A DNA stretch of 64,000 nucleotides from Paraspadella gotoi (taxonomy: Eukaryota > Animalia > Chaetognatha), in assembly GCA_051294375.1 (NCBI GenBank), contig CM119269.1:11390883-11454882 (forward strand). Reading direction: 5' to 3'. The notes under the pieces were generated by a model. It searched no databases. It was not told the DNA's origin and saw only the letters and a list, made by a program, of their open reading frames with translations. The position numbers and the translations under genes were made by a program. This document shows, in pieces, positions 14,474 to 27,774 of the stretch; within the stretch, counting starts at the first letter, position 1, and each line of letters starts with the position of its first letter.

Positions 14474-14687
14474 GCTCTCTCTCTTCTCTCTCTCTTCTCT
14501 CTCTCTTTTTTCTCTAAAATTTTATTGCCTTATACCCGCTTTTCTCAATACAAAATCCCAAATTACATCCGAGATTCTTCGTGTGTTTTCCTAAAATATC
14601 TGATTATTCTCTTATATAAACGAGAGAGACCTATAATTGCGTTTCGTTGGCTGGTGAAAACTGTCCAGCCTCTCTCTCTCTCTCTCT

Positions 14688-14736
<49 letters not shown>

Positions 14737-15171
14737 ACTATACACGCATTTGTTGTGTTTTATTATACAGGATGATATGCACTGATTCAGTTCGCTCGTC
14801 AGGTGATGGTCCTCATTCATCCATCAATCGATGATATATTCGTATCTAGATGATGATCATCAGTGGATATAGTATATCATGAAATAGACTATTCATCGCA
14901 AAATCCATTCTGTATTATATCATCAGTCATTTTCTATCAGCATTCATTTTGGTTCATCGTCTCAATATTGGTTATCATCGCAGTCGAAGTAGTGTGAGGT
15001 GCATCGCATCGTGTGGGGTTACAGGTCGGAAAGTCGGCTCCTGGCATCCGACTATTAGTTTTAATTTTTAAAGCGGCTCGATCCCTATTGCTTTTAAGAT
15101 TTTTTCTTTTCTTTTATCGCCCATTTCAATTTCGTTTTTTCCCATTTTTATCTTTTGTTTTCGTCATTCGG

Positions 15172-15225
<54 letters not shown>

Positions 15226-16244
15226 AAAAGAAAGGCTGGATTTGAGCCCGGCGGGATAAAAACTCGAACAAACTTGTCGTCAGTCAAAATTTCCAAACCC
15301 CAAAGTCTATTATTCCTTCCACCTATCCGATCAGACTGGAATCTGATCTTCCAGGTCATTTTCTCTCTTTTCGGATCCTTTTATGATCTTTCCGGTTTTT
15401 TCCCCAGTCAATATTTTTTTTGGTTGCGCAAATAAGCTAGACCGGTAAATTGGTGTGCCCTCAAAAATGTATGCGATTTGCCTGAGAACCTTCAGACTTC
15501 CATTACCTCTTTTTATCCACCTTCAACTCCCCCCCGACCTCCACGGCCTCCAAAGTTCACCTCCTTTTATAGTAAATTTGTGTCCAATCGACATTTTATA
15601 ATTAAGGTTCTCATTTTAATCTCATTTTAAGTCCCGGGGACATCAACGACGACAACGACGACAACTGTCTTCTTGCATTGCAGTTCTTGCTCGACCTTCG
15701 CTCGGAAACCTCAGCAGCAGGGCCGACGCGCCGGAGCATACCGACGATCTCGAGGGCGCCTCTATGAAACAATCCCCGAACGTCGGCGCCTCGGAGACTC
15801 TCGCTTTCTACGGGTCTCTCGGCGAAGTGATGCGAGTTATAGCGGTGGTTTTGTTTTTTCTTTCGTTTTACTCGGAGTCTTTATTTTTAAACACATTCCG
15901 TAACAGACAACTGGATTAAAGGTTTACGTATATTTTACATAAACGTTCAAGTTGAAGATAGCAATTTTTAATTGTTTCGAATTCGTACAGTGGTCATTGA
16001 AAGTGTCAATATTTATATTTTAATATTAAAAATCGAGTTGAAATATTGACTGGTGAATTAGGTTTTAAATGAAAATGATTTAAAACTCAGCGTTTCTCGA
16101 TCTCAACGATTACCTAATCTCTCAACCTATCTCCTGGTCAAACTTTTATCTATTCAGGTTTTGCACTCTCTCTCTCTCTCTCTCTCATCTTGTCTTCTCC
16201 GTTTCATTGCGCCATCTCAAGGTCCTTTGATTTCCGTCGGAAGT

Positions 16245-16830
16245 CGTCGTCTTCGTCGTCGTCGTCTGTCGTCGTCCTTTCCCGTTCTGCACTTCGTCAT
16301 CTTCGTCGTCGTCGCCGTCTTTCCCGTTCTGCACTTCGTCATCTTCGTCGTCGTCGCGTCTTTCCGTTCTGCACTTCGTCACTTCGTCGTCGTCGTCGTC
16401 GTTTTCCCGTTCTGGCACTTCGTCATCTTCGTCGTCGTCGTCGTCCTTTCCCGTCTCTGCACATTCGTCATCTTCGTCGTCGTCGCCCGCGTCTTTCCCG
16501 TTCTGCACTTCGTCATCTTCGTCGTCGTCGTCGTCTTTTCCCGTCTCTGCACATTCGTCCCATCTTCGTCGTCGTCGTCGTCGTCTCTTCCCGTTCTGCA
16601 CTTCGTCATCATTTCGTCGTCCGTCGCCGTCTTTCCCGTTCTGCACTTCGTCATCTCTCGTCGTCGTCGCCGTCTTTCCCGTTCTGCACTTCGTCATCCC
16701 GTCGTCGTTCCCGTCCGTCTTTCTCGTTCCTGCACTTCGTCATCTGTTCGTCGTCGTTCGCCGTCCTTCCCCGTTCTGGGCACTTCGTCATCTTCGTCGT
16801 CGTCGTCGTCATCGTCGTCGTCGCCGTCTA
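16245..16830. repeat. ~40-bp minisatellite with embedded (GTC)n
   Basis: Unit ~CTTTCCCGTTCTGCACTTCGTCATCTTCGTCGTCGTCG with variable length. It produces low-complexity ORFs in several frames. Confidence 0.9.
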
Positions 16831-18986
16831 TTTGCATTCTCAACGTCGTCTTCGTTGTCCTTTTCGTTTATAAAAAGTATTTGCAACATATTCCGACGCT
16901 TACTTAATTTTCGTGGTGTAACCGGCGAGGTCAGTACAGGCGGTCAGTGTGAATACTGGTCATCGGTTACTGACCAGTGGTCAGTATTCACGATTACGAA
17001 GTAGACGCCGAAAAGGTTTAAGAGCGATAATGTCATTTGTCTATATTAAAAATTGATAATTCCAGGCGTAAAAAAATTTTGAAGAAAATTTAAAAAAATG
17101 CATTGACTTAACAGTAAGTAGTTGAATTATGACGAGAAAAAATACAATATAGCAATAGGCAATATGCAAAAGAAATTTTTTTGTGTTTTTTATTATTAAT
17201 TACTTGCGATACAAAGAAGAATATTTCTCTTAAGTTTGCGAAAAAAATTGTAATACATGAAAATGGAACGTGCTTTAATGAGCAAAAAAATAAAAAACAA
17301 AAGCGAAAACTAATTGCAATAATAACAAGAGCGAGACCGGTTCTTATATGAATTTTTTTTTTCTCAACGAAAACAAAATAAAATACGTGAAAAAAATCTC
17401 TGACAACGAAAATGATAACGACGACTCATGTCGGCTTCGCCGTCGCGCCGAAAATAGTCCGAAAAAGAAAAAAATTGATGTGTGCAACTACGAACCGTAG
17501 CGTGGATCCTCGACAAGTTACGTCCAGTTTATTAATAAGACGAGAGTATCTTTAGGACAAGAATCTTGTATGATAACCGAGACGACGACAAAATACGACG
17601 ATGTCTTCCAAAAAGATCATGACCAATGTCAATGAAGACGGCCATTGGCTCCGGGTGGACGACGACGACGATGACCACAGATATTTATTCAGAGTTTGTC
17701 CCGTGTGGTTTTTTAAATAACTGGTTCGAGGCCTGGTCAGAGTTTTTTTTTCTCTCAGTTTCTATAAAAAAATTTTAAAAAACTGTTTCTACGGCCAGGT
17801 TTTGCAGGTCATTTTAGTTGGAATTTTTACACCCACCTCTGTTCTGTAGGCTATTAATAATAGTATTATGAGTGATTGTTTGTCAACCTATGAGACACGC
17901 ACTCTATTAACTGTAGGAGACATTTCGTGTGAAATATTATGCCTCGCCTCCTACATTTAAACCTCTTTTTCTCTCTCTCGTTTACGTTTTTGGTTCTATC
18001 TGAGTTGTATTTGATCTGTCGGTCTGATATCTTTGTTTGGTCACCCCAGAATTTTCAGAGAGAGAAACTACGTTTTTAGTTTTACTTTGGACTCAATTAA
18101 AACGTTTCGCTCATTCTGATTACAGTTTTACGGGACTTTATTAAATACTTGATTAATAAATATTTGGAAACCTTTTCGCGTCTTAATATTCATCAGAATT
18201 CGACTCGATATTCAGCAAAGATTCAAGTATTCATGTAGAAAAGATCCTTCGTCACTCTACAAAGAACGGGCGACGTCTAGAACGCGCGTCTCCGCGGGCG
18301 TGAAGGAGAAACACCTTCACATTTTGAATACTTATTAAAAATGTTGAGTTCATAAAATATACAATTACGCATATGGATAAAATAGAATTATAAATAGTTC
18401 TAAGAATCTAACCGTTTTGCCCGAGTTTCGGGAGGGTCGACCCGCCCCCCATCCGCCTCCCCTCAAAGTATTTCTCCAGGTTGACCAAAATCTAAAAGAT
18501 AGCGTTCGACTCTAACAACGTTACACCATTAACAACGACGACGAAGACGAGACGAAAACGACGACGACGAAGACGAGACGAAAACGCCGACGACGATTGT
18601 CCCGGCCAGAAATTGACGTGTCCGTCCTCTATGCCTTTTGGTCGTTTACGGCTCTGGACTTTTGGTGTCGAGGTCAGGGGGACCAACTTTCATCTTCTTT
18701 TCTCATTTCTTCGCCATCTTGTTATATTTTTGATTCATAGTTTGTTACGTTCCCTTATTTTCGAATTTCTCCCTATCAGGAATCACGATTTTTTATATTT
18801 AAATATTTATATTAAATTTATATATAAGTCAATGTTAATTAACTTTTTTATCTCCTCGGTACTTTCTTGGGTTTTTTTTTCTATGTCCATCCCGTTCCCT
18901 TGATTTCATGTGACCCGGTTTGAACCTGCTGGGACCAAAGGCCAGCCCCGGTTCGTGCCTTGTTATGCTAAATCGAAAGGACAATG

Positions 18987-19011
18987 NNNNNNNNNNNNNN
19001 NNNNNNNNNNN
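18987..19011. other. Assembly gap (N)
   Basis: Run of N. Other gaps are at 34600-34624, 41740-42027 and 46787-46886. Confidence 0.99.
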
Positions 19012-19235
19012 AATGGCGAGAGGAAAAGAAAGACGCGGAAGGAGAGCGTGGGGGGGCGGGGGAGTGGAGGAGGGTCTGAGGATACTCGAGCCGGAAAAAT
19101 ATTCCCGCCGACCATTTAATTTTGCGTACCTTTAATTGGGACACGGGAAACGGGTAATTCCTTGCTGAAAATCTGTTTTAAAATCGTATATATATTGGCC
19201 CTGTAAAAATAAAGTTATTTTTTGAAACTTAATAC

Positions 19236-20400
19236 TAGGGTTACGATAACCGTTAACAGTGTTAACGTTATTAACGGTTAAAAAATAATTTTAACCTAAA
19301 CCGTTAATATATTATTTTAACGGTTTAAATTTCGGTTTAATTTTAATATTTGAAATTTTTTTTTTATATTTTTGGTATAAAATCTTTGATTTTTTATAAG
19401 AAAAAGTAATTTTTCTTGTCCCTCTCTATTCTCCTTCTTTTCCTTTCTCACCATATATTTTTTACCTCTCTCTCTCTTTTCCATTTTCCTTATTTTTTCT
19501 TTTTGTTTATTTTCAACCCCTTTTAATATTTTTATAAACTGATCTCCTTTCTGTACCTATCTCTTTCTTCTCTCTTTTTCCCCTCCTTCTTTACTCCTTC
19601 TTTCTCTCCTTTTTTCTCCCTTTTCTTTTACCTTTCATTTTTTTCTCTCTTCCAGTGTTTTTTTCTTTTTCTTATTATTTTCTCCCAATTTTTTTTTCGT
19701 TTTCCTTTCAATTAATTTTGTGCATTTACATCAAAGAATATAATTAAATATAATATATATGCACATGCAAATAGTTGCATACATTTTCTTGCAAAATTAA
19801 ATTCTTATAATAAAATAATATATCCTATTTTGCTATTTTTTTTATTTCACTCTTTAAACAAACAAGCAAATGAAATAAAACCAAAATGAATGAAAAAATT
19901 ATTAAAAAAACCAAATAAAAATAAAATGTAATAAAAAAATAATAATATAGAAGGAAGACTAATCTTAAAGATGGACATTAAGGCGCTAACCTAAAACTAT
20001 CCTTCAATCATGATATATTTTTTTAATTAAAACTGAAAAGAAAAATTAATAATCAATAAATCTTTGGATCAGTTCGATCAATCAAACTTTCAATCAAAGA
20101 AATATTATCATAATATATATATTATGAGTTATGGCTTTTTATGAAAAAATAAAACAGAAAACAAGCGTTTAAGAAATAACAACTAGAAAAATAAAGCATT
20201 GCTGATGAAGACTCTAATTGTTAGAGTCGAAACATGTCCGAAACAAAACAAATAAATTGTTTCCTCTCTAAAGATTATATTATAAAATTAACCGATTTTA
20301 ACGGTTAACGTTTAAAATATTACGTTTTAACGGTTTAATAAGCGACATTCTAACAACGCGAATTTTCTCAAAAAATTAACGGTATATCCCGGAACCCCTA
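19236..20400. mobile_element. hAT-like non-autonomous element (copy 1)
   Basis: TIR TAGGGTTACGATAACCGTTAA / TTAACGGT..GGAACCCCTA with subterminal AACCGTT motifs. Flanks TTAATAC / TTAATACC. Confidence 0.75.
20199..20241 (+). ncRNA. Minimal hammerhead ribozyme (intact core)
   Basis: TTG-CTGATGA-A-GACTCTAA-ttg-TTAGAGTC-GAAAC-AT-GTC-CGA. Confidence 0.85.
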
Positions 20401-22772
20401 TTAATACCTGCCGTGCTTCCGTCGACTGTGCCCAATGTTCCAAGAAGCGAATAGCATCCACTAATAGATTCCTTCCTGATAAAAAAAAAGTTTCATTTTA
20501 TATCCAGCCCAGAAACTAATGTCTTAATTTTGTTAGTATTCACTCATTATTCAGTCATTAATCATCATTTACAAAATACAATTAAATTTGGTTTTTAAAG
20601 GACATATCAACATTATTCGTGCACAGGTGTTCTGGTAGGGTATAGTACACAGAGCAGTTTTATTTTTTTGACATTTTTTGAATTTAGGCGATTCTGGGAT
20701 TTTAAAAATCGGCTGCTGGAAGAGTCCTATGGGGGGAAAATGAAACGAGAAAGAAGATTGCAAAAAAAAATTGGTTTCATTACCGGAAAAAAAAATTAGG
20801 AACGAATGACAACACAAGAGTCCAAACCCCTTTAAAACTTTTCGGCGCGCAAAACTATTATATATTTTTTATTCATAATATCTAATAATATTTAATTTTT
20901 TTTATTTTATAATGTAATTTAATTTTTAAATTATTTTAAATAAAATATTTAAAGTAAAATTTGAATTTTTCAAGTTAACCCCTATAATATCTTCCTATTT
21001 AAAACTCTAACTCTACTATAATTTCTATCTCCTATCTCTCCCCATAACTCGTTAATATATATATATATAAATCTTCTCTCTCTAACTTTACTCTCCTCCC
21101 AATCTCCTTATCTCTAAACCTCACTTAACCTAACCCTTATTTACCCCTATCCTCAATATACTATATCTAATCCCAACTTACTTATACAATAATCCTCCTA
21201 ACCTTAATTAATTCTTATTATACTCTTACCTATAATCTAACCAGTTATATTTAAGGTGATATTATATCTATATCTTTTACCCCTTCCCCCTCTCATTCAC
21301 CCTCCTCTTTCCCTCCCTCTTCCTGGGATTCGTGTGGCTCTCTCTATCGAGATTTTCAGTTCACCTCCTCTCTCTTTTTCTCCTACTAGCTTCTCTCCCT
21401 TTTTTTTTTTTTTTAACCCTCATTTTTGTCTCAGTATAAGATTATTTTTTTCCTTCCGTAATATATTAGTCCTCCCCTCAATCTCTCTATCATTCTTCGT
21501 CTCTATATCTCTTTCAGAGTGTGCGCCTCAATTGGCTCGAAGCCATCCCACGGACCCCTCTCTCCTCCTCTCTGTGATTAAGAGTCCCTCCCTTCTATAT
21601 CTCTATTCTGGTTCTCTCTCTGAGGGGTACTCGGCAAAATTCGAATATATAATTATAATATATATATATAAATTCCTCCTGTATGATATCGAGGCGTCGA
21701 ATCTCCGTCGTACGATCACACTGTATTTCTCCCATTGAACCGGATCGAAAAACAAAAACGTTCGATTGGTGCAGGACGCGAACAGAGCCGCCGCCCATAT
21801 TGTTTCGTAAGTTAAAATGTATCGCCGATCGGTCCGTTTTCATTCGCCGGTGCCAAACTGTCATCATCTCTCCTTTTTGTCAGTTATTCCGGAATCCTGT
21901 CCACTTGTCATCATTTCAGACAAACCTGGTCAGTAGGTGAACCTGCTTAAAGGCTGTTCATCACTGACCCATAAGTCTGATTTAATCTGTCAGAGTTAGG
22001 TCGCGAGATTATGTCAGACATTTATGTCATGGAGACATTTCTTCTACTCAGAAGATTTTATGCCGCACGCTGCTTTTGTCCTCAGATTCCGCGTGAACGG
22101 TTGGAATCCGTTAAGCTCTCCGAGACCCGGTTTCCCTGTCTTTATATGCTACATAATTTGTCATCAGTTCCTAGATGTCAGTCATTGCCATATAAATAAA
22201 ATTGGACGAAGAGATAAAACTGAATTCCAATTGTCCATTTTACACAAAAATTTGGAATTGGAAATTATTTCCAGCTGCCCCCGTGCGCCGGCGCGCCGCG
22301 CGCGCGAGCGGGTCTTCAACCCTCCCAACAAAAAACAGTTAAATATGTCAATCCCAAATCAGCATTCCGACTAGTGAGTAATAATTAATAACCAACAACT
22401 TTCGCCGCTCATTAATGTAATTCCAATTCCTCGCAGTCGAGCGCCAACATCAATATGTGCTGCCAACAAGCCTTGAATCAAATAAACTGATTCTTTTAGT
22501 ATTTAGTCACTACACACATTGTAAAAAAAAATGTCTTCTTCCATACACCCATACACCGGCCCCCAATCATTCCAACCCCCTAAAACCCTTCAACCCATCC
22601 AACCAAGCCCATGAAGCACGTGCAAGGAGGGTCTGAGGATATCGAGCGGAAATATTCCCGCGACCTTATTTCGTACCTTTATTGGGACACGGGAAACGGG
22701 TAATCCTGCTGAAAATCTGTTTAAAATCGTATATATATGGCCCTGTAAAATAAAGTTATGAAACTTAATACC

Positions 22773-23942
22773 TAGGGTTACGATAACCGTTAACAGTTTT
22801 TGGTTAACGTTATTAACGGGTTAAAAATATTAATTTATACCTAAACCGTTTAATATATTTATTTTAACGGTTTAAATTCGGTTAATTTTTAAATATGAAT
22901 TTTTTTTATATTTTTGGTATAAAATCTTTGATTTTTATAAGAAAAGTAATTTTTTCTTGTCCCTCTCTTATTCTCCTCTCCTTTCTCACCATATATTTTT
23001 TACCTCTCTCTCTCTTTTCCATTTTCCTTATTTTTTTCTTGTTTATTTTCAACCCCTTTTAATATTCTATACTTAAATCTCTCATTCCTTTCTGTACCTA
23101 TCTCTTTCTTTCTCTCTTTTCCCCTCCTTCTTTACTCCCTTTCTTTTCTCTCCTTTTTTCTCCCTTTTCTTTTACCTTTTCATTTTTTTCTCTCTTCCAG
23201 TGTTTTTTTCTTTTTCTTACTTATTTTCTCCCAATTTTTTTTCGTTTTCCTTTCAAATTAATTTTTGCATTTACATCAAAGAATATAATTAAATATATAT
23301 ATATATGCACATGCAAATAGTTGCATACATTTTCTTGCAAATATAAATTTCTTATATAAAATAATATATCCTATTTGCTATTTTTTTTATTTCACTCTTT
23401 AAACAAACAAGCAAATGAAAATAAAACCAAAATGAATGAAAAAAATTATTAAAAAAACCAAATAAAAATAAATGTAATAAAAAAATTAATAATAGAAGGA
23501 ACTAATCTTAAAATGGACATTAAGGCTACATCTAAAACTATCCTTCAATCATGATATATTTTTTAATAAAACTGAAAAAAAATTTAATAATCAATAAATC
23601 TTTGGATCAGTCGATCAATCAAACTTTCAATCAAAGAAATATTATTCATAATTTATATTTATGCGTTATGGCTTATGAAAAAATAAAACAGAAAACAAGC
23701 GTTTAAGAAACTAACAACTAGAAAAATAAAGCATTTGCTGATGAAGACTCTAATTGTAGAGTCGAAACATGTCCGAAACAAAACAAATAAATTGTTTCCT
23801 CTCTAAAGATTATATTATAAAATTAACCGATTTTAACGGTTAACCGTTTTAAAAATATTAGTTTAACGGTTTAAGCGAAATTCTCAAAAATTAACGGTCT
23901 GGATCATCTTTCTCAAAAAAATTAACGGTTATCGGAACCCTA
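22773..23942. mobile_element. hAT-like non-autonomous element (copy 2)
   Basis: TIR TAGGGTTACGATAACCGTTAA / TTAACGGTTATCGGAACCCTA. Perfect 8-bp TSD TTAATACC at 22765-22772 and 23943-23950. Confidence 0.85.
23734..23777 (+). ncRNA. Minimal hammerhead ribozyme (duplicate of 20199)
   Basis: TTTG-CTGATGA-A-GACTCTA..TAGAGTC-GAAAC-AT-GTC-CGAA. Confidence 0.82.
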
Positions 23943-24717
23943 TTAATACCCCGTGTCCATTGTCCAATGTCCAAAAGCGAATGTCACTAATAGATTCCTT
24001 CCTGAATAAAAAAAAAGTTTCATTTAATACCCAGAAACTAATTCTAATTTTGTTATATTCACTCATTATTCAGTCATTAATCATCATTTACAAATACAAT
24101 TAAATTTGGTTTTAAAGGGACATATCAAGCATATCGTGCACAGGTGTTCTGGTAGGGTAGTACAAGAGCAGTTTTATTTTTTTGACATTTTTGAATTTTA
24201 GGCGATCTGGGATTTTTAAATACGCTCGAGAGTCCTATGGGGAAATGAAGAGAAAGAAGATGAAAAAAAAATTGTTTCATTACCGGAAAAAAAAATTAGG
24301 AACGAGACAACAATGATCTCAAAGCCCTAAAACTTTCGGGGCAAACAATTTCTTTTGATTTTTTTTATTCTTTATAAAAACTTGAAAAGATATTAATTTT
24401 TTTTATTTTATAATTGTTTTAATTTAATTTTTAAAATTTATTTAAATTTTTAAATATTTAAAGTAAAATTTAATTTTTCAAGTTAACCCCAGTATAACCT
24501 TATAATTAACTCTAACATACTATTATCTTTATCTTATCCCTAACCCCAACTTTCTCGTAAACCTAACTTACCCCAAACCCTAACTTATCTCTAACCTCAC
24601 TTAACCTAACCCTTATTTACCCCTATCCCAAACTTACCTCTAACCCTAACTTACTCTTAACAATTATTTACCCCTAACCTTAAATTCTTTTTAATTTTAA
24701 CTTACCTATAATCCTAA

Positions 24718-24966
24718 CCAGTATATAAGGTGATAGACAGACGCGGGTCTATTACCCCCTCCTTCTCATTCACCTCCTCTTCATCCTCCTCCCTGGGATT
24801 CGGGGCCGCGTTCACGAGATTCAGTTCACCTTCCTCTCTTCTCCTACTAGCTTCTCTCCCTTTTTTTTAACCCTCATTTTTGTCTCAGTATAGATTTTCC
24901 TTCCGTCAATATATTAGTTTCCCGCATTCTCGTCACTTTACTTCCGGTTAGGATACCTTTTCAGAG
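24718..24966 (+). mobile_element. LTR-like segment (TATA to U5 end) preceding a tRNA-Lys PBS
   Basis: TATATAAGG, then hairpin GGTGATAGAC/GTCTATTACC. Ends TTTTCA-GAG directly before TGGCGCCC. Near-identical to 29994-30239. Confidence 0.65.
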
Positions 24967-25030
24967 TGGCGCCCAATGTGGGGCTCGAACCCACGACCCC
25001 AGGATTAAGAGTCCCGTGCTCTACCGACTG
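24967..25030 (-). pseudogene. tRNA-Lys(CTT) retro-copy with CCA, lacking ~12 5' nt (extended PBS)
   Basis: Minus strand CAGTCGGTAGAGCACGGGACTCTTAATCCTGGGGTCGTGGGTTCGAGCCCCACATTGGGCGCCA. It has the D arm part, CTT anticodon, T arm and encoded CCA; the 5' acceptor strand is missing. Confidence 0.9.
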
Positions 25031-27774
25031 GTCCGTCGAGTCACCGTCAAAAAATTCGAAAGAAAATAATTTTTCCGACGAATTCGAGGCTCGAATCTCC
25101 GTCGTCAACTGTATCTCCCATTTGACGGATCGAAAACAAAAAGTTCGATTTGAAGGAAAGAGCCGCAATGTTTCGTAAGTTTAAAAGTTCGCGATCGTCC
25201 GTCATCGTCGGTGCCAACTGTCATCATCCTTTTTGTCAGTTATTCGCGGAATCCTGTCCACTGTCATCATTTCAGACAAACCTGTCAGTAGTGAACCTGC
25301 TAAAGGCTGTCAGTCACTGACACAGCTGATTTATCTGTCAGAGATTAGGTCGGAGATTATGTCAGAATCTTATCGTCAGAGAGAGTCCTTTCTTCTCACA
25401 CGCTATCAATCAGCGAGATTTTCTGTCAGACAGTGCCGGTTCTGCTTTTGTCATTCAGCTACTGTGTGAATCGAGGTCAGTCTTTAATGCTGAAAACATT
25501 TGTCATCATCTAGAGTCAGTCATTGCCAAAAAAATTGGGAGAAAACTGATTCCATTTCCAGTTTCCAAAAAAATTGAATTGGAAATATTTTCCAGCCCCC
25601 CTGCCCCCCACTCCTTCAACCCCCCCAACAAAAAATTCAGTTAATATGTCAATCAAATTATTCCGCCTAGTGTTAATTAATAACAACAACTTTGCCTATT
25701 TTAATGTAATTGCATCAAATGCTGCCAACAAGCCTTGAATCAAAAAACTATTCTTTAGTATTTTAGTCACTACCATCATGTAAATAAAAATTCTTCCAAC
25801 TCCCATAAACCCCCTCCCAACCCATCCAACCCCCAAAACCCTTCAACCCATCAACAAGCCTTGAGTCAAAATTTGCCATTTTATCAGTCTCAGTTCTAAA
25901 CCTCACTTAGTGTTAAACTCACTTATAGTCTTGTATAACAAATGAAGCAGATTCTCACCATTCAGTTCTCCTCTTTTGCAAGGAGGATAATGTTAGCTTT
26001 ATTCACAAAATATTTCAAATGTATGATCTCTTAGATTAAATAAAAATGAATGGCTAAGTACTTTTAAGGTGGCCCAACTGGAGCTAGAAAAGGCCAAAAG
26101 TGATTGGAAGAATTGGTGACAGTCACCTATTTAATTGTCTGCTTGACCACAAGTTAATCGCTCATATAATGCATTTGCCACCGCAGGGTGCGCTACAATC
26201 AATTCGAATCGTATCAAATTCAAATGGAACAAAAAATGAACGTGCATAATTCGCCCTCCCCCCTTTGTGTATCCTCAACACTGCAGATGCTAAAAAGAGT
26301 GGTGACTGAGAGTTTATCAGTCCTTTATTTACTGTGATTGTTAATCAGAGGTTTCTATGACATTTTGTCTTAGTCTGACAAAAATTAAGCCACCCTGACA
26401 AAATTTTACTCTGAGTGATGTGGTTTAATCCTGTATCATTCTGCTTCATTAGTTGCTTACAAAGTCAAAAAAAAAAAAGAGAAAAACGATAACTCGTGCC
26501 ATTCATAAAATTGAGTTTCACTCAGAGATGTGGACGCGATCCGGAAAGCGTAAGCGAACACTGTGGAAGCGGCCGATTTTTGAAGAACCCGAAACGCGGA
26601 GCGATAGAAAAATTATAAGAATAAAGGAATTACCCGGAAGCTATAATAACCCTGCGTGTTCGCTTCCTGGTCATTTGTTTTAATAGTTAGAAATGAAAGG
26701 TATTTAATGTAATAAAATCTTTGCAACCCCTGCTCTTTCTTGATTTGTCTTTTTTAAAATTGTTTTTTCAATATTTATTTTCAACATTTAAAATTGTTTG
26801 TTCCTATTTTTTATTCACTTTTTCTTATTCTCTCTTCTTTATTTTTTTTGTTTTCTTTTATTCTCTTTTCCTTTTTGGTCGAGAATCTATGAAAAAATTA
26901 CATATTTATTTTTTTAATTATTCTTTTTAATATATTCAAATAAAATCTGAGCTGAAAAAAAGATTTTTTCTATCTGAAAAAAACTGTAATTAAGTTAAAT
27001 TAAAATTTAAATTAAACTTTTTTAATTCTATAAAACTAAAAATTTTATTTCTTATATTTTTATTATTTTTCTTTAAATTTAAGTCTCTTTTTTTTAAATC
27101 CATAACGTTTTTCATGTTACAAACAAGTTTAAACCAAAAGGATTGATCTGTTTTATTGGCAATATTGCATAATATTATGCTTATACATACTTAAATCTCT
27201 AACATACTCTCTCTCTCTATCTTCTTTCTTTTTTCCCCTCTTGCACTGAACAAAAAAGCAAATAAAAAAAATATATAAATAAATAAATCAAAAATATTAA
27301 TAAACAAGTTTGAGCAAACAATGCCGGATCTGCCCATGTCATTAGCGGTAATTAATTGATTAATTAATTGAAAAAAAATAAATTATTTAATTAATTACAT
27401 ATTAATTAATTAAAATAATAACATCGAACATTTGGGAGCTCAAATGATTTGAACAAAGACGACAACGACGATGAATACAATGACGAAAACGATGACGAAG
27501 TCTTTGTACTTTGTGAGCCATAGTACAGTAGTGGTCAATAAGAATGACCTGTTTTTACCTAATCTTGTTATGCTGACCTTTTTCTCAGCCAATGTAATAC
27601 TAGTTGTTATTATTATTTTATCATTTTTACTTTTTTACTGTTTTTGATAATACCAGGTTTTTTTATCACAAAAAACACGCCTCAAAATTTTCTATAAATT
27701 TTTGTTTTGATGCACCGCAAACATTATAAAAATATTTAATTAATTAATTTAGAGAAAGCAAAGAATTTTGAATT

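Larger units (their letters stand above)
19066..25860. repeat. Tandem segmental duplicate (19066-22620 vs 22626-25860)
   Basis: Both copies start GGAGGGTCTGAGGATA and are colinear throughout. Differences are mainly short indels. Confidence 0.85.

Noticed and set aside
16161-16907. Long ORFs of 170-248 aa in several frames
   Set aside because: Produced by a stop-poor minisatellite with frame-shifting unit lengths.
24967-25030. Functional tRNA-Lys gene
   Set aside because: The 5' acceptor strand and part of the A box are missing and CCA is encoded. It is treated as a retro-copy/PBS.
26162-26280. Terminal exon following 30384
   Set aside because: It has a CTGCAG acceptor, but the long open frame is not phase-compatible with the upstream candidate exon.
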